64,000 bases of DNA, taken from positions 13,018-77,017 of the forward strand of contig DAHWUD010000002.1 in NCBI GenBank assembly GCA_027331445.1, in the 5' to 3' direction. Below, piece by piece: positions 51,865 to 60,254 of the stretch. Below the pieces are notes generated by a model. That model made no database searches, was not told where the DNA came from, and saw only the letters and a program-made list of their open reading frames with translations. Positions within the stretch are counted from its first letter, which is position 1. Every line of letters starts with the position of its first letter. Both the position numbers and the translations under genes were made by a program. Source of the DNA: Candidatus Amesbacteria bacterium. Lineage in GTDB: Bacteria > Patescibacteriota > Microgenomatia > CAZETR01 > Amesbacteraceae.

Positions 51865-51937
51865 GAGGAAATAGGTTCCGATTTCCTGGAGTCCCCGCAG
51901 CAAATCAAAAATACGCCTTAAATGCCGTCTTTTTTTT
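51865..51937 (+). repeat. att-like site 3 with degenerate terminator
   Basis: GGAAAT-AGGTTCCG-ATTTC-CTGGAGT-CCCCGCAGCA then a hairpin resembling the tRNA terminator. Confidence 0.75.
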
Positions 51938-52014
51938 ATCGTGCATTTGTATTTGTTATACTTAAACTGTCAAGATTTATATGAGATTTATTTGAAAATC
52001 GGAAAAAAATAAAA

Positions 52015-52266
52015 ATGGACGTGCTTAGGGACGATTTATTTAAGAACAAATACTTTCTAATTATTGTCTCAATTTTGGCCGTTATTATAGGAGTAATTTA
52101 TCTTGTTAGCTCCAATTCCGTTGAGTCTAAATGCAAAAGGTATGTTCAAAATTTAGGTACAATGTTAGGAGCCGGTGGTAGTGGGTTAAAAGATATACAA
52201 TTACAAACAGCTTCAGAAAGTTTGGTTCAGGATTGCATTAAGAGGGGTGGCCCCGATAATCATTGA
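52015..52266 (+). CDS. Small membrane-anchored protein with two Cys (cassette 3)
   Basis: N-terminal TM; sole ORF between sites 3 and 4. Confidence 0.7.
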   Translation: MDVLRDDLFKNKYFLIIVSILAVIIGVIYLVSSNSVESKCKRYVQNLGTMLGAGGSGLKDIQLQTASESLVQDCIKRGGPDNH

Positions 52267-52269
52267 GTT

Positions 52270-52333
52270 CAAGAACCAGGTTCTGATTTCATACAACACC
52301 CACAACACGCAAAACTAAGCTTCAGTTTTCGCG
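52270..52333 (+). repeat. att-like site 4 (degenerate)
   Basis: GAACCAG-GTT-CTGATTTC-7 nt-ACCCACAACA then hairpin GCAAAACT..AGTTTTCGC. Confidence 0.55.
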
Positions 52334-52413
52334 CTAAGAGAAATTCAATCCACGCCTTGTTTTTATCTCAAAGTCACTGGAAACCAGGAAAGCGCAAAAG
52401 ATGATGGTTTCAC

Positions 52414-53304
52414 TTATAACTGCTGAATATAAAAACCTTTTGCTGTGTCATACTTATAAATAGATGTTTTTGTACCTGTGGCAGGTTCAATAGTCCCATT
52501 GATCATTTGTGAAATAATTGAGCGGGTAACAGTAATATCTGGATACTTACCGGCCGGGGCTTGACTGATGTGGTACTCTGACCTAAATTTTCTCCCGTCC
52601 ATGTCTCCACATCGGGCACAATCTATACCGTTTTCTGCCGTATGTATCTGGATTAAGGGTCGCAACCGGTTATCTGTGGCTGTATAAATAATAAAGCCCT
52701 GCCAACTGCCTCCACTCTCTCCTAAATTCACAAATTCCGATGTATATAGCCAGATTTCGTTATTTCCGTCCCGATTCAAATCTTTGGTCTGCATATTGTC
52801 ATAAATTGCTGTATCAGCGGTGAAACCAACCGGAAAATCATTCAAACTTATCGGACCTTCTAAGTTACTGATTTGGGTTCCTTGCAGGTTGTATACAAAA
52901 TAAAAAGCCAGATAGGAACAATTAAATTCACATAGCAGTTTTCCTGTATAGTGACCTGAAATTATTGTGAAGTATTTGTCTCCTTGTTTGATGGTACCCA
53001 GAACTCGTAATTCTTTTTTGGTCACCGGGGAATTGTCTAAAACCGAAGTGGTATGAGGTTCTGAAGAATCAACTAAAAAAAGGTTGTCCGACTGATAAAC
53101 AATGCTTTTGGGATGTAACAACAAAATCAGAAGCCTATTGCTGTTAAGCTCTGTTTGGTTGGCCGTCGGCCTTACTGATCGGGAAGCGGAACTAAAGAAT
53201 TTGACAAACAGGAAACCGCATACTAGAAATATTAAAAACAAAAGCGCCCACGTGACATAAGAATTTTTTTTCAGTTTACTAGACGAACCAGCTATTCTGT
53301 TCAT
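52414..53304 (-). CDS. Secreted beta-rich hypothetical protein (cassette 4)
   Basis: N-terminal TM; DLNRDGNNE Ca-binding-like motif. Confidence 0.7.
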   Translation of the reverse strand: MNRIAGSSSKLKKNSYVTWALLFLIFLVCGFLFVKFFSSASRSVRPTANQTELNSNRLLILLLHPKSIVYQSDNLFLVDSSEPHTTSVLDNSPVTKKELRVLGTIKQGDKYFTIISGHYTGKLLCEFNCSYLAFYFVYNLQGTQISNLEGPISLNDFPVGFTADTAIYDNMQTKDLNRDGNNEIWLYTSEFVNLGESGGSWQGFIIYTATDNRLRPLIQIHTAENGIDCARCGDMDGRKFRSEYHISQAPAGKYPDITVTRSIISQMINGTIEPATGTKTSIYKYDTAKGFYIQQL

Positions 53305-53384
53305 GCTGCACTTAATTAGTTTAGCATCAATTCAATTGGAGATAAAGTTTGAATTGTTATTCGAGGGAAGTGGACGGAGATAAA

Positions 53385-53640
53385 ATGACGGGGCCAGAAC
53401 AAAAAGAGGCAAAAGGTTAAAAACTGTGACCACACCAGTGTAGGGATGATTGTCAGGCAGGGAAATAAAATTCTTCTTATTGAGAGAATGCTATTCCCAT
53501 TTGGTTTTGCTCCTCCGGCCGGTCATGATGTCGGAGATGCTTCATTTGAGATAGCCGCCAGGCGGGAGTTGGAAGAAGAAGTTAGGCTCAAAGCCACAAA
53601 CCTGAAGGTGATATTTGAAAGCAGGAATGAAAATACCTGC
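53385..53640 (+). pseudogene. Truncated, frameshifted duplicate of the cassette 2 NUDIX gene
   Basis: Near identity to 51357 onward with one extra A near 53414; truncated near 53640. Confidence 0.85.
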
Positions 53641-53957
53641 CTGGAAACTTCTTAAGTGTCTCAAGCAATTTTAACGTCATACCTCCATGCAAATGGAGGA
53701 TATCCGTCTTATAAACCTGTCCTTCAAACTTTGCTTCCTCAGCAACCTCAAAAAACAAGCTCCCTCTCGCCTCTATTAGCATTGAAATTAAATACGTCTT
53801 CTGCTTTGTTCACAGAAATTCTGTCTAGCTCTTTGGCAAAGTAAACTAATAAGACGTTGACTTTACTGAGGACAGTTTTCAATATTTCCTTAAAATACCT
53901 ATCGTTTTGCTCATTTACGTGCCCAACATATCCGCCATGCAAAATATACTTAGTCGC
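53640..53957 (-). pseudogene. Peptidase S51/GATase-like fragment
   Basis: TKYILHGG..VLLVYFA, frameshift, DILHLHGG.T.KL; truncated. Confidence 0.5.
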
Positions 53958-54364
53958 TTTTTGCCTCCTTTCGCTTCAAAATATTTCTCTAGTACTTCTT
54001 TGTGAGTAAAGGCTATATCTGTACTAGGCAAATCTTTCTTCCCGACATAAATTACATTTTCAACTTCATCTGCTTTCAAATTTAATTGACCAGAAACTTT
54101 ACCCAGATAGTACAAGGTGTGCCAAAATTCCCCTAGTTTAGTTTTATCATTTGTTTCTTCGGTAAACAGCCTGGGGTCAACAAATTCTAATCCGACTTCT
54201 TCTTGAACCTCCCCAACAACTGCCTGTTCAGGCGTTTCACCCGCATCGGGTTTACCGCCTATTAACGCATATTTACCTTGCTCATCACCACTAACTCTTT
54301 TCCCCAATAGCACCTCACCATCAAAGTCCAAAATTGCCCGAACAATAACTCTCTCTGTAACCAT
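53915..54364 (-). CDS. NUDIX hydrolase (cassette 4)
   Basis: GGKPDAGETPEQAVVGEVQEEVGL. Confidence 0.85.
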   Translation of the reverse strand: MVTERVIVRAILDFDGEVLLGKRVSGDEQGKYALIGGKPDAGETPEQAVVGEVQEEVGLEFVDPRLFTEETNDKTKLGEFWHTLYYLGKVSGQLNLKADEVENVIYVGKKDLPSTDIAFTHKEVLEKYFEAKGGKKRLSIFCMADMLGT

Positions 54365-54430
54365 TACCAAATTCTATAACCCATCACCACGTTTTTACAA
54401 AACTGGTATATAAATAGGCGTGGTCAGTGA

Positions 54431-54499
54431 CAGGAAATAATTTCTTATTTCTTCCAGTCCCTGCGACCAAGCCCAAAATCCCGCAAAAGCGGGATTTTT
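54431..54499 (+). repeat. att-like site 5 (distal end) with terminator
   Basis: GAAATA-ATTTCT-TATTTC-TTCCAGT-CCCTGCGACCA then AAAATCCCGC-AAAA-GCGGGATTTTT. Confidence 0.65.
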
Positions 54500-54570
54500 C
54501 GTTGGGCCTGTCGGGGATGGTGTCCAGGTCCGCTGGACATGACATTCCCGTATAGACATAATTATTCCGG

Positions 54571-54825
54571 ATGTTCTACGTTTATCTTCTTCTCTGCTCA
54601 GACGGCTCTTTTTATACCGGCATCGCCAAAGATCCGCACCGGCGGTTTTTAGAGCATCAAAAAGGCCACGGTGGCGCCTATACCAGATCCCACCCGCCCG
54701 TCAAAATAATTTATTCCGAGTCCCTCCCCGACAAATCTTCTGCTCTCCGTCGGGAAGCCGAAATCAAAAGCTGGTCCCGGCACCAAAAAATAACTCTACT
54801 TAAACTTCCCCCTCTCTTGGTGTAA
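54571..54825 (+). CDS. GIY-YIG nuclease (YhbQ/UPF0213-like)
   Basis: YVYLLLCSDGSFYTG, GGAYTR, ALRREAEIK. Confidence 0.92.
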   Translation: MFYVYLLLCSDGSFYTGIAKDPHRRFLEHQKGHGGAYTRSHPPVKIIYSESLPDKSSALRREAEIKSWSRHQKITLLKLPPLLV

Positions 54826-54838
54826 AACCATAAGGCAA

Positions 54839-55132
54839 ATGAGCCTCAATCAGTTTGAACTCTTTTGCACCACCCACGGCCTGACCAGCCCCGAAATAGC
54901 ACTGGCCCGTCAAGTCTACGAGCTCAGCGGACGCGATCACGATGTCCTCGTCGCTTTTGTAGCCAGCCTTGGTAATGCACTCGCCCAACAAGATGAACGT
55001 ACTGAAAAACTCAACCAGGCGCAAACCCTTATCTGGCAGGGCAGTATGTTAAATAAAGCAGATACCATCAAACTCGGGAAGAATTTGAAGCACGACCTCA
55101 TCCTTGGCAGACGCACTCACGACGGAGAATAA
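54839..55132 (+). CDS. Hypothetical protein
   Basis: 97-aa ORF following the GIY-YIG gene. Confidence 0.55.
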   Translation: MSLNQFELFCTTHGLTSPEIALARQVYELSGRDHDVLVAFVASLGNALAQQDERTEKLNQAQTLIWQGSMLNKADTIKLGKNLKHDLILGRRTHDGE

Positions 55133-55151
55133 ATCGTTGTATACTTAATCT

Positions 55152-55331
55152 ATGGCCAAGATGCCCAAATCCTGGACCATTGTCACTCCTTTCTCCCGCC
55201 TCCTGGCCCTGGCTCTTTTCATTATCCTCCCTTTTTTGGCCTTCCTCTGGGGTGCCAACTACCAAGCCAATTTGGACCATTCCTTTGTCTACCAGGCTGA
55301 ACTCCAGTCCCTCTCCTGCACCCGCAAATAG
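55152..55331 (+). CDS. 59-aa membrane microprotein (below the ORF-track cutoff)
   Basis: MAKMPKSWTIVTPFSRLLALALFIILPFLAFLWGANYQ...; TATACT shortly before the ATG. Confidence 0.65.
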   Translation: MAKMPKSWTIVTPFSRLLALALFIILPFLAFLWGANYQANLDHSFVYQAELQSLSCTRK

Positions 55332-55353
55332 CCAGATGTTAAAATTAGCTCGA

Positions 55354-55425
55354 GGCTGCGTAGCTCAATGGTGGAGCGGGGTCTTCATAAGGCCACGGTT
55401 GCAGGTTCGAATCCCGCCGCAGCCA
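55354..55425 (+). tRNA. tRNA(CAT), probably elongator Met
   Basis: GGCTGCG/CGCAGCC acceptor, TTCATAA loop, GGTTCGAATCC. Confidence 0.9.
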
Positions 55426-55794
55426 CTATCTTCCTCCCCCCGGCCAGATATACAGGCTCAACCATTGTTTCCAATTCGGCTCCGACTTTTGTGAATTTGT
55501 TATTTGGAAATTTGAATTTTGCTCTTGCTCCGGGACCACCACAATTGTCTCCCCCGCCTTTCCATACCCCAGCTTGTCCCGGGCTTCCTTTTCCACAAAT
55601 TCCGGGCTTTGCACATACTGCAGCTGGGATTTTAGCTGGCCATTTAAAGCCGCAGCCGAGTCTACCTCCCTTTGGGCTGTCGTTACCGACCCCCCCAGCT
55701 TCCATAGCCTCCAGATATTCGCACCGGTGTTCACCGCCATCACCAGCCCTCCTGCAGCCACCAGCCACACCCATAAGCCCCTTTTCATCTGCAT
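55426..55794 (-). CDS. Septum formation initiator (FtsB/DivIC-like)
   Basis: TM, coiled coil, FVEKEARDKLGYGKAGE. Confidence 0.85.
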   Translation of the reverse strand: MQMKRGLWVWLVAAGGLVMAVNTGANIWRLWKLGGSVTTAQREVDSAAALNGQLKSQLQYVQSPEFVEKEARDKLGYGKAGETIVVVPEQEQNSNFQITNSQKSEPNWKQWLSLYIWPGGGR

Positions 55795-55867
55795 GCCTCT
55801 ATTTTACCCGGCCGGCACAAAAAGGGGTTTACAATCCGCCCTCCCTACGCTAAAATAGTCCTGTAGT

Positions 55868-56743
55868 ATGGAAAACCTTCCTAATCCGGTCAGCTTCACC
55901 AGTGCCCAGGAGAAGTTCCTTACCCACCTGAAATCCCAAAAACGCTCCTCCGCCACGGTCATCGCCTACGGCAGCGACCTGGCCCAGCTGGGCAATTTCC
56001 TCGCATCCCATAAGATCACCCAGGCCACCACCGTCGCTACCCCCCATCTTTCCGATTTTATCGCCTTTTTATCCTCCCAAAACTACACCCCCAAAAGTGT
56101 GAGCCGCAAGATCAATTCCATCAAAACCTTCTTCAAGTTCCTCCACGCCCAAAACCTGGTCCCCACCAACCCCGCCACTCCCCTCATCCACCCCAAATAC
56201 GACACCAAGCCTCCCCGCATCCTGACCCCGGCTGAATACAAAAACCTGCGCGACGCCAGCCGGCTGGACATTCGGGTTTCCGCCATTATCGAACTGCTTT
56301 TACAAACCGGGATGCGCATCTCCGAACTGGCCAACCTCCGTCTGGAAGATATCAAAAAGAGCGAGCTGTTTATCCGCGGCCAGGAAAACAACCTCAGCCG
56401 CACCATTCCCGTCAACCGCTCGGCCGCCGCCGCCGTACAAAACTACCTGGCTATCCGTCCCTCAGTTACCGATACCCACTTGTTTATCACCAAAACCGGC
56501 CGTCCTCTCCTGATCAGAAACATCCGTACCAGCATCGACCATTACTTCAAAAGGGCCGGGATCAAGGACGCCAAAGTCAATGATTTACGGCACACCTTCA
56601 TTGCCCACCAATTAAGCCACGGCGTCGACCCCGAAGTCGTCCATAAACACGTCGGCCACCGCCGCCTCTCCTCCACCCAAAAATACCTGGAATACATCAC
56701 CATTACCGAAACCATCACCACCACCCGCCTTTTGGAACTCTAA
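55868..56743 (+). CDS. XerC/D-like tyrosine recombinase with variant catalytic motif
   Basis: N-terminal SAM-like domain, TGMRISE, NDLRHTF (HxxR reads NxxR), VGH, TQKY. Confidence 0.9.
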   Translation: MENLPNPVSFTSAQEKFLTHLKSQKRSSATVIAYGSDLAQLGNFLASHKITQATTVATPHLSDFIAFLSSQNYTPKSVSRKINSIKTFFKFLHAQNLVPTNPATPLIHPKYDTKPPRILTPAEYKNLRDASRLDIRVSAIIELLLQTGMRISELANLRLEDIKKSELFIRGQENNLSRTIPVNRSAAAAVQNYLAIRPSVTDTHLFITKTGRPLLIRNIRTSIDHYFKRAGIKDAKVNDLRHTFIAHQLSHGVDPEVVHKHVGHRRLSSTQKYLEYITITETITTTRLLEL

Positions 56744-57007
56744 ATGCGAAAAGAATTCATCATCTGTCCCATCGACGGGCATAAGTGCTCTCTTCCCGAC
56801 TGCCTCAATCAAACATCCAACTGTCACGCCCAAGCCACCCGCCTCGCTCAGGAAACCACTCAGGCGATTACTTCCAACCTCAACACCATCGACACCGTCG
56901 ACACATACGACGCCAGACTCGCCGATCTTGCCCAAAAGCTGGGAGTCGATCCAGATCTACTCGATATCAAAGTCCTGAATATCATTTACAGCCCCCGCCT
57001 GAATTAA
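56744..57007 (+). CDS. Small Cys-containing protein coupled to the recombinase
   Basis: Starts immediately after the recombinase stop; four Cys in the N-terminus. Confidence 0.55.
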   Translation: MRKEFIICPIDGHKCSLPDCLNQTSNCHAQATRLAQETTQAITSNLNTIDTVDTYDARLADLAQKLGVDPDLLDIKVLNIIYSPRLN

Positions 57008-57012
57008 CCCCC

Positions 57013-57086
57013 TGGTGGATCCGCTTGGAGTCGGACCAAGTTCACGAATTTATAAGATTCGGGTCCTACCGGTGAACGACGGATCC
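57013..57086 (-). tRNA. tRNA-Ile(TAT)
   Basis: GGATCCG/CGGATCC acceptor, CGAAT-CTTATAA-ATTCG anticodon arm, A73, encoded CCA. Confidence 0.9.
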
Positions 57087-57106
57087 AGCCCCACAATTTT
57101 ATCATT

Positions 57107-57164
57107 AACTCTCCCCTTCCCCTCCCTTAGGCTAAGGGAGGGTGGCCAGCAGGCCAGGAGAGTT
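57107..57164. repeat. 58-bp palindromic MITE-like repeat
   Basis: AACTCTCC..CCCTCCCTTA-GGC-TAAGGGAGGG..GGCC-AGCA-GGCC..GGAGAGTT, with TA at both ends. Confidence 0.7.
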
Positions 57165-59550
57165 ACAACTTACTTCTCTCCGCTATCTCGTGTTCCACTA
57201 GCCTCACGTCCCGCCCATACTTCAGTCTTGATAATTGCTTAATCGCTTCCGCCAACTTCGGATTGTACATTTTCCGCTCCGCCGCCAGATCCTTCGTCGT
57301 ATCCATGGAAAACGGCGTCACCGGCTCATTTTTGACAATCGTCTTCACGTACACATGGAACCTCTCAATGTTTAACAAATCCGCCTCGTTAAATACCGGC
57401 GAAAACTCATGCTGCAGATAATTCGCATCCGCCACCCCCACCCGGAATGAGATCAGTGTCCCCACGTTGCCGAAGACCGCGTTTTTGACATCGTCCTCCA
57501 TCTGCGACGTAAATTGGTTTGCCACGATCAGGTCCAGTTTGTATTTCCGGGCCTCGGACAAAATTGTGGCAAAATCCGGCGTCGCGTAATTTTGGAACTC
57601 GTCCACGTACAGGTAAAACGGCCTCCGCTGTTCTTCCGGAATATCCGCCCGGCTCATGGCCGCGGCCAGAAGGCGCGGCACCAGCACGAGCCCCAGAAAG
57701 TTACTATTTTCCTCTCCCAGCTTGCCCTTGGACAAATTGATGATTAGAATCTTGCCTTCGTCCATCACTTTCCGGAAATCAAATGCACTTTTGTTCTGCC
57801 CGATGATGTTTCTGATGGTCTTGTTCGTGACAAACCGCCCAAACTTGGACACGATATAATCCAGCACTTCCGATTTGTGGAAATCCGACGTCTGGGCAAT
57901 TTGATCCGTCCAGTACCGCCGCACCAGCGGATCGGATACCCGGGGCAGCATCTCCTGCACAAACTCCGGCCGCTGCAGGGCCTGCACCACCTCAATAAAC
58001 GTCCCGCCGGGGATGGCGTCCATCACCGTCAGCATGGCATTTCTGATGGCGTGTTCAAACCGAGGCCCGATGATCCCGGTTTTATGCGGATCGTATAATT
58101 TGTACATCATCCCGATCACCGCGTTGGTCGCCATGTGCCGTTCCTGGTCGTTTCGCGCCTCGATAAGGTTCAGCCCCATCGGCCAGGTTTCATCCGAGGG
58201 GTCAAAAAAGACCACGTCTTCCGCCCGCTCCGGCGGAATAAATCCCAACAGGTCCTCCGCCAGGTCATGCGGATCAATTAGGGCGACTCCCTTTCCCTCC
58301 TTGATATCCTGCAGCAGCATCGACCGCAAAAATTCCGTCTTCCCCGTCCCCGTTCTTCCCACGATGTACATATGCCTTTCCCGATCCGAGTCGGAAATAT
58401 ACACCGGTCTGGTCACTCCCCGGTAAAAACTTTTCCCCAGATATAGTCCTGACATCGGAATCTGTTGCGGCGCCGGGGCCCGCTTGGCATTCAGCCAATA
58501 AATATGCGGCGTCTCAATCGTCTTGTTGGGGAAATGATAAATCGTCGCCAATTCTTCCGCATTCAGAATCGTCCAGTCCCCCCACGTCAGCATCGGCTGG
58601 TATCTGTAGACAAAATCCACCGCAAAATAGCCCTTGAGCCTTATCTTTTTCCCCTTAAACCCGTTTAAATCCCCGTTGTATTGTTCAAACGCCGCCTTGA
58701 TATTGGCCAGGTGCGCTTTGGCCGACGGCTTATCACCCGCCGACACCACCAGCCTGATCGTCGTCCGAAACCCGTTTTTGCTCACCTTGTTATCCACCGC
58801 TTCCAGCACCTTCGGGTCCACTTTATAACTGGCCTTTTCCGGATTGGACTCGTTTTTCTTCGTCCTGCCGATCCATGCCCGCCCCTTGCCTTTCCATTTA
58901 GCATCCGCCGGAGAAATTAATATTTGCACATGTGCTCCCTCCCCATCTCCCATCTTGCCCAGGGCCGAGGTGAGTGAGGACAAAGGATCCGTCGCCAGGT
59001 TTTTGTATACCTGAATGGGGTAGTACGATCCGTTTCTCAGCACCATCCACGCAAATTCCACCTGTCCGTCGGCCGTAAAAATCGTCGGCTCATCTACTAC
59101 CATGATTTCCGCCCCCGAATACCCTGCGTGGATTTGTTTTTCCACCAGATCCCGCAGCGTCTCCGGCACCACGATATAAAACCTGACATCTTCTTTTTTA
59201 GCCACAATCTCAAAAGAAATATGCGGTTGCACCTGTAAAAAGGACAGCAGGCCAAACGGCCCCATTCCGCCCTTTTTGATCGCATACAGGCTGGAAAATA
59301 TCTGTTCCATCGCATCGGTCTTTATTTCGTTGTCATGTGGCACCGCCACTTGCAGGCACACCATAGACAGGCTCGTTTTTTCCCGGTCCCGGTGCCGGTA
59401 CAAAGCAATCAATAGATATCCGGCCAAAAATACCAGACAAACCAATATCGCCAGCCCGGTGAGAAGCCCCACCAGCTGCCACAGCGCCGCCATCACGTTG
59501 ACATTTCCCGGAACATTAATACTCCCTGCCATATTTGCCAGGTTTCCCAT
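57163..59550 (-). CDS. VirD4/TrwB/HerA-like membrane ATPase
   Basis: RHMYIVGRTGTGKT, IDPHD, LYVDEFQNY, SEARKY, ANQ. Confidence 0.9.
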   Translation of the reverse strand: MGNLANMAGSINVPGNVNVMAALWQLVGLLTGLAILVCLVFLAGYLLIALYRHRDREKTSLSMVCLQVAVPHDNEIKTDAMEQIFSSLYAIKKGGMGPFGLLSFLQVQPHISFEIVAKKEDVRFYIVVPETLRDLVEKQIHAGYSGAEIMVVDEPTIFTADGQVEFAWMVLRNGSYYPIQVYKNLATDPLSSLTSALGKMGDGEGAHVQILISPADAKWKGKGRAWIGRTKKNESNPEKASYKVDPKVLEAVDNKVSKNGFRTTIRLVVSAGDKPSAKAHLANIKAAFEQYNGDLNGFKGKKIRLKGYFAVDFVYRYQPMLTWGDWTILNAEELATIYHFPNKTIETPHIYWLNAKRAPAPQQIPMSGLYLGKSFYRGVTRPVYISDSDRERHMYIVGRTGTGKTEFLRSMLLQDIKEGKGVALIDPHDLAEDLLGFIPPERAEDVVFFDPSDETWPMGLNLIEARNDQERHMATNAVIGMMYKLYDPHKTGIIGPRFEHAIRNAMLTVMDAIPGGTFIEVVQALQRPEFVQEMLPRVSDPLVRRYWTDQIAQTSDFHKSEVLDYIVSKFGRFVTNKTIRNIIGQNKSAFDFRKVMDEGKILIINLSKGKLGEENSNFLGLVLVPRLLAAAMSRADIPEEQRRPFYLYVDEFQNYATPDFATILSEARKYKLDLIVANQFTSQMEDDVKNAVFGNVGTLISFRVGVADANYLQHEFSPVFNEADLLNIERFHVYVKTIVKNEPVTPFSMDTTKDLAAERKMYNPKLAEAIKQLSRLKYGRDVRLVEHEIAERSKL

Positions 59551-59611
59551 ACTTAAATCATAGCAGAATTAACAATGCCGGTATGCTGGCAAACCCCGGT
59601 TGCCCATACCC

Positions 59612-60181
59612 CTACCCGGCGCTCTTAAAATTCGCCTTCTCCCCCAGTAATTTTATCTGCCTCACGCACCAGATGGCCAGCCACCGGATGCTCTTCCATA
59701 CTTTTTGGTGCAGACCCGATTCCGTCTCTTCCGCCGTCAGCGGCAGTGTCACCGTCGTTTTCTGCCCCATCCCGGCTCCGAACAACACTCTTTGCGTATA
59801 GTCGTCCGTCACCCCGCCCGCCAGTTCCGCCTCCTTCTCCACTTTCTCCATGTATCCTTCCGTCCCCGGCTCCAACTCCGGACCCGCCGGAATCTCCTCC
59901 AATTCCTCCACCGTGTGTTCCCGGGTATGTACCGGCTCCTTCTCCTTACCAAACCCCGTGGTGATTTGTTCTAAATCCCGCTTAAACTTCCCCCCGGCAT
60001 CATACATCGCCTGAAAGTCGTTTTGCTTTTCCTCGAATTCCTCTGCTTCCGTAGCCAAATTTGCTTCCTCAACCGGCTTCGCCGTCATTTGATCCAAATC
60101 CGCCATCGCTCTCGCTACCGCACTCAAATCCTTATTATTTTGTTTCTTGATATTTGTATCTTGGTTATTATCCCCCGCCAT
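59612..60181 (-). CDS. Hypothetical acidic protein
   Basis: C-terminal LPLT..GLH..SIRWLA.W..RQIK. Confidence 0.7.
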   Translation of the reverse strand: MAGDNNQDTNIKKQNNKDLSAVARAMADLDQMTAKPVEEANLATEAEEFEEKQNDFQAMYDAGGKFKRDLEQITTGFGKEKEPVHTREHTVEELEEIPAGPELEPGTEGYMEKVEKEAELAGGVTDDYTQRVLFGAGMGQKTTVTLPLTAEETESGLHQKVWKSIRWLAIWCVRQIKLLGEKANFKSAG

Positions 60182-60254
60182 ACATCCATCATACTACCAA
60201 AATCCCTCCCCTCCCTCCCGTATCATACGTCGATGCATCGACGCACCGCACCCT

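Larger units (their letters stand above)
49675..54469. mobile_element. Tandem array of four integrase-less cassettes at the tRNA(CAT) 3' end
   Basis: Core CCCCGCAAC(C)A-like sites at 49675, 50488, 51893, 52298 and 54459, each followed by a hairpin; AT-richer cargo. Confidence 0.75.

Noticed and set aside
49675-54469. CRISPR array or classical integron attC array
   Set aside because: Spacing is 0.4-2.2 kb with whole genes between sites; no cas genes; no RYYYAAC..GTTRRRY ends or recognisable IntI.
55868-59550. Prophage or ICE suggested by the recombinase, tRNA and VirD4-like ATPase
   Set aside because: No phage, relaxase or other T4SS genes; no duplicate of the tRNA-Ile(TAT) end seen; base composition resembles core genes.
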